Assembly (NCBI GenBank): GCA_964344325.1
Contig: CAYFMX010000005.1
Coordinates: 9,013 to 73,012 of the forward strand
Reading direction: 5' to 3'
Source of the DNA: an uncultured Piscirickettsiaceae bacterium
GTDB lineage: Bacteria; Pseudomonadota; Gammaproteobacteria; GCF-002020875
Length of the DNA stretch: 64,000 bases
In this document: positions 19,817 through 29,043 of the stretch, one piece after another
Layout: every line of letters starts with the position of its first letter
Numbering within the stretch: the first letter of the stretch is position 1
The notes under the pieces: generated by a model
The model's input: only the letters and a program-made list of their open reading frames with translations
Told to the model about the DNA's origin: nothing
Databases searched by the model: none
Translations under genes and position numbers: made by a program

Positions 19817-20280
19817 TGGCTGATCTCCGCAAATTGTGCGCCGGTTAGTTGTTGTAAGTCGGCGGGCGCGAGTTCGATTTCCAGTCCGCGGCGGCCTGCA
19901 CTGACGAAAATAGTTGGAAAGTTTTGCGCCGATACGTCAATCACTGTCACCAACCGTTTTTTCTGCCCCAATGGGCTAACCCCGCCAAGCACATAGCCGG
20001 TGGCACGTTCCACTTCCGCCGGGTCTGCCATCTCCGCCTTTTTTGCACCGGCTGCTTTGGCGAGGTTTTTCAGGTTTAATTTGCCGGAGACTGGCACAAT
20101 GCCGACTGCCAGTTTTCCGGTATTGAGCTGCGCTACTAGCGTTTTGAATGCTCGCGCCTCTGGAAGGCTGAGTTTTTCAGCAGCTTCGGTGCCATAGGAT
20201 TCGTGCGCTGGATCGTGTTCATATTCGTGGATTTGATGGTCAGTTTTCGATTTTTTGGCGAGTTGGATTGCGGGGGTCAA
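19813..20280 (-). CDS. ybaK: Cys-tRNA(Pro)/Cys-tRNA(Cys) deacylase YbaK
   Basis: YbaK/ProX editing-domain pattern (…KTLVAQLNTGKLAVGIVPVSGKLNLK…YVLGGVSPLG). Overlaps the trmJ start by 4 nt. Confidence 0.85.
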   Translation of the reverse strand: MTPAIQLAKKSKTDHQIHEYEHDPAHESYGTEAAEKLSLPEARAFKTLVAQLNTGKLAVGIVPVSGKLNLKNLAKAAGAKKAEMADPAEVERATGYVLGGVSPLGQKKRLVTVIDVSAQNFPTIFVSAGRRGLEIELAPADLQQLTGAQFAEISQ

Positions 20281-20370
20281 TTTTTGTTACCTCTCCCTGC
20301 CATTGCGGATGGATGATGGTCTATTTATCTTTCCGCTTGATCTGTTTGTATATAATGGCAATATACAGAG

Positions 20371-20670
20371 ATGGTTGATTGGAAACAAGTGACCGGCTTT
20401 GAGTGGGATGCCGGAAATGAACGGAAAAATGCAGAAAAGCATCATGTTAGCCGATTTGAGGCGGAGCAGGTGTTTTTTAATGCGCCATTGCTGATTTTGG
20501 ATGATGCAAAACATAGCCAGCACGAAGAACGCTACCATGCGCTTGGCAAAACGGATAACGCCAGATTGTTGCATACTACATTTACATTGCGTGCTGCTGG
20601 CACTTTGATTCGTGTAATTTCAGCGCGTGATATGCATCGCAAAGAGAAGGTGATTTATGGGCAAACTTAA
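20371..20670 (+). CDS. brnT: BrnT-family (DUF497) ribonuclease toxin
   Basis: FEWDAGNERKNAEKHHVSRFEAEQVF…RVISARDMHRKEK. Confidence 0.8.
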   Translation: MVDWKQVTGFEWDAGNERKNAEKHHVSRFEAEQVFFNAPLLILDDAKHSQHEERYHALGKTDNARLLHTTFTLRAAGTLIRVISARDMHRKEKVIYGQT

Positions 20671-20929
20671 AAAAATACCTGAATTCAAAACTGAAGCGGA
20701 AGAACGTGATTTTTGGGAAAATCATGACTCCACCGAGTATGTGAATTGGAAACAGGCTGAATCGGTTTCAATGCCAAATTTAAAACCCACCACCAAAACA
20801 ATTTCGATCCGGTTACCAGAAAGTTTGTTGAACAGCATTAAAATTGAAGCCAACAAGCGTGATATGCCTTATCAGTCGTTGATCAAAGCGTGGCTGGCTG
20901 ATGATGTGAAACAGAGTCGTGGTATTTAA
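20657..20929 (+). CDS. brnA: BrnA-family antitoxin (RHH/CopG-like)
   Basis: Overlaps brnT by 14 nt. EAEERDFWENHDSTEYVNW…ISIRLPESLLNSIKIEANKRDMPYQSLIKAWL. Confidence 0.8.
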   Translation: MGKLKKIPEFKTEAEERDFWENHDSTEYVNWKQAESVSMPNLKPTTKTISIRLPESLLNSIKIEANKRDMPYQSLIKAWLADDVKQSRGI

Positions 20930-21147
20930 TTAAGGTGGGGCTATACGAAATTTCTTCTGATGAAGAATAAGCTTCTTCTTCGCCAATTTTACTTCTTTAA
21001 CAGAATTTTCCTCAAAAGAAAATTCTGCAAGACCTTCGCTCTCAATATGTTCTAAGAATTCGGATGCAGATTTCATATAATCACTCCATAAAGGTACTTA
21101 GCAACATTCCAAATACTTTTCCTACCAATACCGCTAAAGTTCCAAAA

Positions 21148-21621
21148 TCACCGAATCCGATACCCCGCATGGCAGGTAACACAAGCCGCCGTCACTTCGG
21201 TCAACGCCCGATATGCTGGCACAGGATCACCCTCCTCCGCCCGCATCGCAAAACGGCTCGCCGCCCGGTGCATATTGGTTCCCGCCTGACGCATTCCCGC
21301 TGGCATGAACTGCCCCATATGATGCGCCCCGTGCGATGCCAGAGAACTCATACCTAACCGTTTTTCTGCCACAGCCGCCACCTGATCCATCTCATCATTC
21401 GCCATCAACGTGAGAATTTCATGAATCGCTGCCAAATGGTCACGCATATTGGCCATCATGTGCTGTTGCATCATTTCCGGTAATTGCACCAACTGTCGGG
21501 CATCTTCCTGCGCGGCCACTTGCATCGTAAAAATACTGCTTGAAAATAGGCAAAATGTTGCGGCGATAAAACGGGTTTTCCCTTGCATTTTTTTCATTTC
21601 ATATTCCTTTTCTGTTTTCAA
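21148..21621 (-). CDS. periplasmic class II c-type cytochrome (cytochrome c'/c-556-like)
   Basis: Signal peptide. Helical Met-rich body. Single C-terminal haem motif CVTCHAGYR. Confidence 0.6.
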   Translation of the reverse strand: MKTEKEYEMKKMQGKTRFIAATFCLFSSSIFTMQVAAQEDARQLVQLPEMMQQHMMANMRDHLAAIHEILTLMANDEMDQVAAVAEKRLGMSSLASHGAHHMGQFMPAGMRQAGTNMHRAASRFAMRAEEGDPVPAYRALTEVTAACVTCHAGYRIR

Positions 21622-21657
21622 TTTTTCATTTGATTTTTAAAAATCAGAATGCAATCG

Positions 21658-21996
21658 TTAGTTGTTTTTCTCTTGTAACCATTTCTCTATTCCAATTTCT
21701 TTTCGCCTCAGTAGATCACTTTTTCGCATCGCCAGTGATTTCTCAAATTCATCATCCGACAAATTTGGATCGCGCAGTTCGTTGAATATTTTGCACGGAA
21801 ATTCTTCACATAGCCCACAATGCCCAAGCTGTTTTTTGTTTTTGCAGCAATCATACAGCGGACAAATTCCATTTGGTATTTGCGATGTCCAGAACGGTTT
21901 TCCCGCTACATTGCCGCATCCTGCGCACTGTTTTCCGAGAAATTCACATTCACCACAATACAATCCACATACTGGCGCATAAGTTATTTGGCTCAT
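21658..21996 (-). CDS. Cys-rich DUF3795-like protein
   Basis: CGLYCGECEFLGKQCAGCGN…CPLYDCC…CGLCEEFPC cysteine pattern. Confidence 0.6.
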   Translation of the reverse strand: MSQITYAPVCGLYCGECEFLGKQCAGCGNVAGKPFWTSQIPNGICPLYDCCKNKKQLGHCGLCEEFPCKIFNELRDPNLSDDEFEKSLAMRKSDLLRRKEIGIEKWLQEKNN

Positions 21997-22015
21997 TTGA
22001 TTTTCACTTTTAATT

Positions 22016-22594
22016 TTAGATTGAAATTAGTTCAATATCTGGCAGGTTTTCAGAAACTTCCTGAACCGTTTTATCTTTCGTGAGCAATTCCACAATAATC
22101 GGCAACGGCTCCGCCCAAATTTCGGGTAAATTCGCTTCGCCTTGCGTGCGGATCGGATAAGCCAGTTTTTCTTCCGGTGGACAAAATTCTGCCGCCACAT
22201 CCAGCTTATTTCCCCGCGCATCAATCCGATACCAGCCGAATTTCTCCAAATAAACCGCATTCAATCCATGCAAACAAAACGGCGGCTCATCCGTAACCGT
22301 CAAACGCTGATAACACAAACCGGCTGGAATTTGGTTCGCCCGCAACAACGCCGCCAGCAGATGGCTTTTCGCATAGCAATAGCCCGTGCCATATTGGAGC
22401 ACATCGGATGCCTTGCACGTCACTGGATTCAATTGATAATCCCAACTGTGTTTAATTTCATCGCGTACAAAATTGAAACAATTTCGGGCAATTTCTTCGG
22501 GATTTTTTCTGTTTTCAGCGAGTTCTTTGGCTTTATTGAGAACAGTTGGATTTTCCCAGTCGATAAATTCAGACGGTTTCAGATATTGATTCAT
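22016..22594 (-). CDS. transglutaminase-like cysteine peptidase-fold protein
   Basis: …GTGYCYAKSHLLAALLRANQIPA… (catalytic Cys context) with downstream His/Asp candidates. Confidence 0.7.
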   Translation of the reverse strand: MNQYLKPSEFIDWENPTVLNKAKELAENRKNPEEIARNCFNFVRDEIKHSWDYQLNPVTCKASDVLQYGTGYCYAKSHLLAALLRANQIPAGLCYQRLTVTDEPPFCLHGLNAVYLEKFGWYRIDARGNKLDVAAEFCPPEEKLAYPIRTQGEANLPEIWAEPLPIIVELLTKDKTVQEVSENLPDIELISI

Positions 22595-22620
22595 TGTTGA
22601 TAAACCCGTTGATCAATTCG

Positions 22621-23325
22621 TCATTTCTTTCCACAAATATATTGCGCAATTAAACCGCCAGAAAATTCTTTTGATTCAATCGAAAAACCGGCGCGGGAAA
22701 ACATTTCTTCCAAAACCCAGGAATAGGTTGAATATTCATCCTGAAAATGTTCAATCGCATCGTTACGCAGAAAATCTCCACCTTGTGCAGCTTGCGCATC
22801 TACAAATGCGTTAATATTTTCGATGCAATGCTCTTCTTCAATCACCACATCCTGCATAAACAGTTTTCCGGCAGGCGATAAAATTGCATGCATTTTTTTC
22901 AGCGCAATCAGTTTCCAAAAATCGGGTAGATGATGAAAAGAGAATGAAGTAACAATAAAATCCGGCGCAACAATTTCTGGCGGAAGATTCAAAAATCCGC
23001 CTTTCAGAAAATGGATATTTTCCACGTTCGCTTCTGCGGCTTTGGTTTTCGCAAACGCAAGCATCGCATCCGAAACATCGACTGCAAACACCGTCAAACC
23101 GCGTTTCGCTGCTGCAATTGAGAATGTGCCTGTGCCACATCCAATATCGACTAAGGATTGCCCCGGTTTTACGGCAATGGCATCCAGAATTTTTTCATTT
23201 TCCGCCGCAACATCGCGGAATTTCGCATGGCTGGCATCGTATGCGGCGACCTCTGCTGGTGATGCGTAATCTTTTCCGATTTGGTGAAATTCATTGTATT
23301 GCCAGTCTTTAATATTGGTGTTCAT
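22621..23325 (-). CDS. class I SAM-dependent methyltransferase
   Basis: Motif I LVDIGCGTGTFSIAAAKRGLTVFAVDVSDAML. Rossmann MTase layout. Confidence 0.8.
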   Translation of the reverse strand: MNTNIKDWQYNEFHQIGKDYASPAEVAAYDASHAKFRDVAAENEKILDAIAVKPGQSLVDIGCGTGTFSIAAAKRGLTVFAVDVSDAMLAFAKTKAAEANVENIHFLKGGFLNLPPEIVAPDFIVTSFSFHHLPDFWKLIALKKMHAILSPAGKLFMQDVVIEEEHCIENINAFVDAQAAQGGDFLRNDAIEHFQDEYSTYSWVLEEMFSRAGFSIESKEFSGGLIAQYICGKK

Positions 23326-23425
23326 AGAAAATTTCTTGTTTAATTCTTATCAAAAACAGGAGATTCATGAATATGATATTTTGAAATTTATTATCTTTTT
23401 ATATTTAAAATTATATCAGAAATTA

Positions 23426-24145
23426 TTATTTGAAAAATTTATTTTTACAATGATTGAATATTAAACTTATCAAATCAAACAGGCGTCTTCTTGTTTCATT
23501 AAAATAATCTATATCAATTAACACCTTATTATCCTCTGGAGGATTTATTCCAACTTCTTTCAATTTGCTTAAGTAAATATCATTAGTCTTCCAGGAATTG
23601 TGAATACCTAAATCACGCCTAGCTTTTGCCTCAACATATATTGGCCATACAGAATCTAATGCATCTTCTTCCATAGACAAGAGAGAAATTATTTCTCTTT
23701 TATACTCATTAGGCCTTTTGTACATTATCTTATTAAGATATCCCTCTGCTAAATAACGTATTGCTGTGTCAATACTTCCAAACTCTAATAACTTATTAAG
23801 TTCTATATTGTTTTTTCCAAGCTTATTGGGGTGAAGACATAAAACTTCTATTAATAAATCTTTAATAAACCCCTCTACTTCAGAAATCATCAATATATGT
23901 GATTGTAGATATACGAATCTAACCAGCTTAAACTCCTCAATCTGAAGAGTGTTGTTTTCAAACAAATGATCTGGAAGGTTGCTACACATATCTAATACTC
24001 TTTTATGAAGTTCGGTTCCTTGGTTTTTTAATAAAACTTGATTGATATTTAAAGCAATGGCTCCAAATTCTCCAAGAGCAAGAAGACTTTTTCCTTTTTC
24101 AACATACAATTCATAAATTTTATTCATGATACATCCTCCATACAT
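23426..24145 (-). CDS. hypothetical AT-rich protein with HEPN-like Rx4HN motif (candidate abortive-infection-type effector)
   Basis: All-helical ~235-aa protein. …EAKARRDLGIHNSW… fits the HEPN Rx4-6H motif. GC far below neighbours. Start probably MNKIY at 24127. Confidence 0.4.
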   Translation of the reverse strand: MYGGCIMNKIYELYVEKGKSLLALGEFGAIALNINQVLLKNQGTELHKRVLDMCSNLPDHLFENNTLQIEEFKLVRFVYLQSHILMISEVEGFIKDLLIEVLCLHPNKLGKNNIELNKLLEFGSIDTAIRYLAEGYLNKIMYKRPNEYKREIISLLSMEEDALDSVWPIYVEAKARRDLGIHNSWKTNDIYLSKLKEVGINPPEDNKVLIDIDYFNETRRRLFDLISLIFNHCKNKFFK

Positions 24146-24199
24146 CTATATATCAAATAAATTGAAGACTAAAATATAAAATGAAAAATCTATTTTTTT

Positions 24200-24586
24200 C
24201 TATCCAAAAAACCACCCATACAACAACCGCCCTGGCATAAACGCAAACGCCCCCGCAATGAGAATCCCGCCAACATACAACCCAATCATATGATTCCGGT
24301 GCTTTTTGAACTGATTGTTCTGCACCGCAAAATAAGCAGTAGGCACAGAATAGAAAACCAGCACACTAAACAGATGCAGAAAACCAAAATGATCGAATAA
24401 TCGCGGCCCAACCTCGGCAGGCATAAACAGCGTGATTGTTGCTGTCAGTAGCATCAGTGCCATATACATTTTGCCGAATAACCGATGCATAGGCGTTCCT
24501 TTCCGACTGATCAATAGATACGCACCGATCAAAAATGCAGGAACGACCGTACCCAAATGTAAATAGGCCGATTGAAGATAATTCAT
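24200..24586 (-). CDS. small 4-TM membrane protein (DUF2306-like, tentative)
   Basis: 128 aa, four hydrophobic helices. Start is 4 nt from the upstream MTase stop, suggesting translational coupling. Confidence 0.55.
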   Translation of the reverse strand: MNYLQSAYLHLGTVVPAFLIGAYLLISRKGTPMHRLFGKMYMALMLLTATITLFMPAEVGPRLFDHFGFLHLFSVLVFYSVPTAYFAVQNNQFKKHRNHMIGLYVGGILIAGAFAFMPGRLLYGWFFG

Positions 24587-24590
24587 AGAA

Positions 24591-25340
24591 TCAAGCTGCT
24601 CGCATCATGTAAAACGTATATCCATAATTTTCATGATGCTTTTTGAATAATTCCATCTCGTTTTCTGTATCTTTAATCACTAGTTGCATCATTTCATCGC
24701 CGCTATTTTTCAACGCTGCGATATTTTCATGCAATGGATCGTAATAATTGCCCCACCACGCTTTTGAGGGTAATCGACGCGTTTCCAGAACTTCAAAACC
24801 GGAATTTTGAATCAATTCTATATTTTCCGATTCGGTTTTGATCCCCGGATAAATATTCTGCATCATTTGTGTTACGTTTTCTGATGAGTTCTCCGAGAAA
24901 TAACTCATCTCCGAAATCACCGCGATGCCATTTTTCGCCATCAATGGTCGCCATGCTTTTAACGCACCTTCAAAGGTAATGGTGTAGGCTGCGCCTTCTG
25001 ACCACAATAGATCAATCGATTCCAGTTCCCAATTGAGATTTCCCATATCGCATTCGATGGGTTCGATGAAATCCGCCAGCCCTTCTTCTCTGGCTTGTTG
25101 CATCATTTGATCCAGAAAATCTTTCGAGAAATCGACCGCTTTGACTTTGGTTCGATATTTTTTAGCAAGCATCAACGTGCCTGCTCCTGCACCACAACCG
25201 AGGTCGGCGATTCTGGGATTTGGTGGCAGTTCGGTGAATTGATTCAGAATATCATCCGAAAAATCTGCATCGCCGGGGCCTTGTCTTTTTAGGCCAACAT
25301 GCAGTTGAATCAATGCTTCAATATATTTTTCTTCTTCCAT
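24591..25340 (-). CDS. class I SAM-dependent methyltransferase
   Basis: Motif I IADLGCGAGAGTLMLAKKY. Rossmann MTase. Confidence 0.8.
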   Translation of the reverse strand: MEEEKYIEALIQLHVGLKRQGPGDADFSDDILNQFTELPPNPRIADLGCGAGAGTLMLAKKYRTKVKAVDFSKDFLDQMMQQAREEGLADFIEPIECDMGNLNWELESIDLLWSEGAAYTITFEGALKAWRPLMAKNGIAVISEMSYFSENSSENVTQMMQNIYPGIKTESENIELIQNSGFEVLETRRLPSKAWWGNYYDPLHENIAALKNSGDEMMQLVIKDTENEMELFKKHHENYGYTFYMMRAA

Positions 25341-25820
25341 TAGATATTCTTTTTAGGAAGGTTTTCTTCCAATTTTTCACGAATTCTTAAATGCATATTT
25401 GTTATTTATATCTCTTCTATCGACAAGATTACAATCCGGTCTTTTTTGCATGCTTTTTAATTCAGATACCATTTATGAAAAGTTATGATTGTGTTTGGAG
25501 GTGTAAGAATCCCGGTTTTTCCAAACTTCATTTATGATTTGGTCTTTATACATTTTCATCATTCTTCACATTGCACAGATTTTTGTATCAATTTGTTTTA
25601 CAAATAGAAATAACTTTATGGAAAATAGGCTAGATATTTTTCGAAATAGGTTTTGGCCACTTTTCAGATTTGAAAAATACACAAGATCCTCGCAAGATAA
25701 GTATAATGCCATATTCGCTTGCTATTTGTTATGAAGCTGTTTTGCTAAATAACGAACAAAGTAACTTGTTAAAAAGTATTATGGTAGATAGTCAAGTGTA
25801 GCTAATTGTTATATTTCTTA

Positions 25821-26729
25821 CTATTTATCAGAGTGATACGTTGATAATCCTGGAGCAATTACACGGCTTTCAACATCATAAAGAGTAAGATGATTTCTTA
25901 GCCAAAGCTGGTAATCGTAACCTTCCAAATGATGATCTTCAGTACAATCTACATTCCAATGGTGCAACCAATAACCAACAACTGCTGCTCTAACTGATAG
26001 CTTAAGGCAGCCATTACTCATATTAAAGTCATGTTCAATTGTTTTTGGGTATTTCACATTTTTTTCATTTGGATGAGGTACTAACTCCAAATTAACCATA
26101 CGATTCCATTGGTAATCTGTTGAAGCATTTCCTACAGAAGCGTTAGGATCAAAGCTATTTCCTATTTCAATAGATACAATTCTTGTTAAGGCGTATGAAC
26201 GATATGGGTTTTTAGGCTTAGATTCATCATATGCCCTAACATACCAATGTATACCATTGTCAAACATTGCATGAGGTCTAATTATTTTTTTCGACAATCC
26301 ATTGTTGACTGAGCGATAAGATATATTTAATTGCTTCATCCCCGATATAGCTCTAGTCACTTTTTCTAATAGCTCTATTCTAGGCAATGAAAGTCTTTGA
26401 GGGCATAATATTCCGTCAAACTCAGACATACCAAGAGCCTCACTTACCTTTGCAGTACGAAGCTTAGAAAGAGCGGAGCTTATTGGCAACTCAAAAACTG
26501 GCTTGAAAGTCTCCTCAAGAATTTCGTATTTCTTCGAGCTTTGGTTAAGCATAAGGTTTTGTTCAGAAAGCTCTTTGTATAGCCTTATATCTCTAGTTGC
26601 GGCAGCCTCTCCAATACCAAACCTTAACGTCAAATCTCCCCTTGAGATCCAACCTCGAAATCTAAGCATGAATTCCAGATATTCCAACCTATCATAAACT
26701 ATCTTTGATAACTCGTTGATTTCTTTCAT
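25821..26729 (-). CDS. brxR: BrxR/CapW-family transcriptional regulator (wHTH–WYL–WCX)
   Basis: N-terminus IVYDRLEYLEFMLRFRGWISRGDLTLRFGIGEAAATRDIRLYKEL follows the BrxR wHTH consensus (DRL..LEFIEFRL.W.G.INR.DL…FG.S…DLR.Y.EL). Central …NGIHWYVRAYDESK… is the WYL motif. About 300 aa. Confidence 0.8.
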   Translation of the reverse strand: MKEINELSKIVYDRLEYLEFMLRFRGWISRGDLTLRFGIGEAAATRDIRLYKELSEQNLMLNQSSKKYEILEETFKPVFELPISSALSKLRTAKVSEALGMSEFDGILCPQRLSLPRIELLEKVTRAISGMKQLNISYRSVNNGLSKKIIRPHAMFDNGIHWYVRAYDESKPKNPYRSYALTRIVSIEIGNSFDPNASVGNASTDYQWNRMVNLELVPHPNEKNVKYPKTIEHDFNMSNGCLKLSVRAAVVGYWLHHWNVDCTEDHHLEGYDYQLWLRNHLTLYDVESRVIAPGLSTYHSDK

Positions 26730-26792
26730 AACAATACCTTCGTTGTTTGTTCATACATTGTGGCATAGTATGATATTAATGCAATCTTGACA

Positions 26793-26807
26793 TAATCAAA
26801 TTGATTA
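26793..26807. promoter_or_regulatory. palindromic candidate operator in the brxR promoter region
   Basis: TAATCAAaTTGATTA perfect 7-bp arms. Lies between divergent brxR and the small ORF at 26867. Confidence 0.35.
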
Positions 26808-26866
26808 GATATCATCATCTTTAAGTCATGATTGTGTGGCGAAATTTATATAAAGAGGAGTTGATT

Positions 26867-27040
26867 ATGGCAACTAATGGAGTTTCTGGTGATAATAGAA
26901 GACATGGGGCGATAAAAAATCGTTCGCAAACAAAGCATTCTTCTGGAAAGCACTGGATTAAGAGAAACACTGATACAGGACAATTTATGAATGTCAAAGC
27001 TGATGGGAAAAAATTTAAGGGAGTACGTAAAGAAAAATAA
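26867..27040 (+). CDS. small basic hypothetical protein (57 aa)
   Basis: MATNGVSGDNRRHGAIKNRSQTKHSSGKHWIKRNTDTGQFMNVKADGKKFKGVRKEK. Divergent from brxR. Good RBS (AAGAGGAG). Confidence 0.3.
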   Translation: MATNGVSGDNRRHGAIKNRSQTKHSSGKHWIKRNTDTGQFMNVKADGKKFKGVRKEK

Positions 27041-27182
27041 AATTATTTGAAGTACTAAATTACATTAATCAGGACACTATAATATCCTGATTAATGCGTA
27101 TTCGCTGTCCTCAAACAGGGGCATATGCTGTTCAACAAAATAAAAAATATTCATGAAAAACAGACTGCCTCAAACCACAATC

Positions 27183-27419
27183 TCACCGACTCTCCCACTC
27201 CTCCCGCGTATAGGCCTTCACCGCCAACGCATGCAATTCTCCACTCGCCAACGCTTCCTTAAACGGAGCCATCACCAAACGCTGTTTCGCCAACGGTGTT
27301 TTCCCGGCAAATTCATCACTAATCACCGTCGCGCTGCAATTGCAATCCACACCCTCGACAATCGCCTCCGCACCCGGAATCGCCGCCTCAATTTTCTCTT
27401 TCACTTCTAGAACGTCCAT
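27183..27419 (-). CDS. ibaG: BolA-family protein (IbaG/YrbA-like)
   Basis: …GELHALAVKAYTREEWE C-terminus. 78 aa. Confidence 0.8.
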   Translation of the reverse strand: MDVLEVKEKIEAAIPGAEAIVEGVDCNCSATVISDEFAGKTPLAKQRLVMAPFKEALASGELHALAVKAYTREEWESR

Positions 27420-28939
27420 AAATCTCTCCCTTCAATTTGATCCAAATTCTCCAGCCGTTTACGCGTCATCGACCGGTCAGCATACGGCGCAATTTCCACC
27501 AGAAACTTATCCATCGCATCGCGGATTTTCCGCGTGCCAGAAACAAAATGGTTCGCAATCACCACAAACGTCAGCTCGTGCCCCTGCGGCGTGGTAAGGT
27601 ATCCGACAATCGAGCGGATGCCAGAAAGCGTGCCTGTTTTCGCACGCAATTTCCCTTCCAAATCGGTCTTGCGGAACCGCCATTTCAGCGTGCCATCCTT
27701 GCCCGCTACCGATAACGAATCACGGAACACTTTGGCCTGCGGATGGCTACGCATCGCCCGCAACAACCGCACAAAATCCTGCGGACGCACGAGGTTATAG
27801 CGTGATAGCCCGGAGCCGTCCACCAGCCGGTAATGCGCTTTCGGAATCTTGTGCTGCTTCAAAAACCGGTCGACCGCCTTCATCCCACGCTGCACCGAAC
27901 CCGGCTGCGTTTCCCCTTTTTTTATGCCGAGCCCAACCCGGCGCAACAGATTTTCCGCCACCAGATTAATGCTGCGTTTATTCGCCAGCGATAAAATTTT
28001 CTTTAACGGATGAGATTTGTGAATCCATACTTTGCCGATTTTCGGACGTTTGTAGTTTTTGATCTGATCGCGGTCGAATGCTTTTCCGGTCACTTTAATG
28101 CCAGCGCGTTGCAATGCCTCTTTGAATAGAAACGCGGTATATGCGGTCGGATTTTCCACCGAAATTTTCCCTTGCTTCGCCGGATTGCCTCGCTGCTTTT
28201 TCGGGATACTGACCACCAAACGGTTTTTCGCCCGTTCGCGGGTGATGGAAAATGGCGTTCCGGACGCAGCAGTTTGTACCGTTTTAGAAATGTATTTTGT
28301 ATTCGGAACAAGCTTGATTTGGCTCGCTTTCAAGCGGCTCTTTTTATTTTTCGGAATGCGATAGTCGACCACACCGCCATGTGCGGTTAGCCCAGATGGC
28401 TGCGCAGAAAAAGAAAACGGCTCATCGTCCCACGCCCACCCCTGACCCAGCGGCTCATCGACGAAAATATCATCCACACCGACGATATTGCCCTGCACCT
28501 TAGTCACGCCCTGCTTTTTCAGCGACGCCGCCCATTGCTGGAGCACTCCCTTCCCGCCTGCGCCCTCTTCAGTGCCGAAGGTTGGATCGCCACTCCCAAC
28601 AATCGTCAAATCTCCCTGAATGATGCCCGACTTTTTCCAATTCCCGGCGGGAAATTGCAACCGCGTTTCAAACTGGAAATCTGCACCCAGCCGATCCAGC
28701 GCCACCGCCGTCGAAAAGAGTTTGACCGTCGAGGCTGGAATGAACGGAATTTTCGCGTTGCGCTGGTAGATCAACTGCCCGCTCTTGCTCTCCACCACCA
28801 TAACCCCCCACAGCGCAGACGGCACGCCTTTCGCCTCCAGCACGAGATGCGGTTTTTGCGGGTTTGCGGCCATCGCGGTTTGTGCTGTAATCCACAGCAA
28901 CAACAGCAACCATTGTCCCAGTCGGGCGGTACGTTTCAC
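27407..28939 (-). CDS. dacB: D-alanyl-D-alanine carboxypeptidase/endopeptidase PBP4 (peptidase S13)
   Basis: Signal peptide. SxxK motif in FIPASTVKLFSTAVALDRLG. Size 510 aa. Confidence 0.85.
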   Translation of the reverse strand: MKRTARLGQWLLLLLWITAQTAMAANPQKPHLVLEAKGVPSALWGVMVVESKSGQLIYQRNAKIPFIPASTVKLFSTAVALDRLGADFQFETRLQFPAGNWKKSGIIQGDLTIVGSGDPTFGTEEGAGGKGVLQQWAASLKKQGVTKVQGNIVGVDDIFVDEPLGQGWAWDDEPFSFSAQPSGLTAHGGVVDYRIPKNKKSRLKASQIKLVPNTKYISKTVQTAASGTPFSITRERAKNRLVVSIPKKQRGNPAKQGKISVENPTAYTAFLFKEALQRAGIKVTGKAFDRDQIKNYKRPKIGKVWIHKSHPLKKILSLANKRSINLVAENLLRRVGLGIKKGETQPGSVQRGMKAVDRFLKQHKIPKAHYRLVDGSGLSRYNLVRPQDFVRLLRAMRSHPQAKVFRDSLSVAGKDGTLKWRFRKTDLEGKLRAKTGTLSGIRSIVGYLTTPQGHELTFVVIANHFVSGTRKIRDAMDKFLVEIAPYADRSMTRKRLENLDQIEGRDLWTF

Positions 28940-29043
28940 GGGTTTCCCTACGACGAAAAAAGCGCGAATCGTACCAGATTATGGGACATCTTGAGTTCCC
29001 ACCACCCTCTTTTCAGACTGAAAAATCAGCAAAAACAACACGT

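Noticed and set aside
19103-19996. 297-aa plus-strand ORF spanning trmJ and ybaK
   Set aside because: Antisense to two well-supported genes. Arg/His-rich composition typical of GC-rich antisense frames. No motifs.
27062-27103. Perfect inverted repeat TTAATCAGGA…TCCTGATTAA after the small ORF at 26867
   Set aside because: Probably a transcriptional stop or stability hairpin for the small gene. It has no T-run and no second copy, so it is not reported as a finding.
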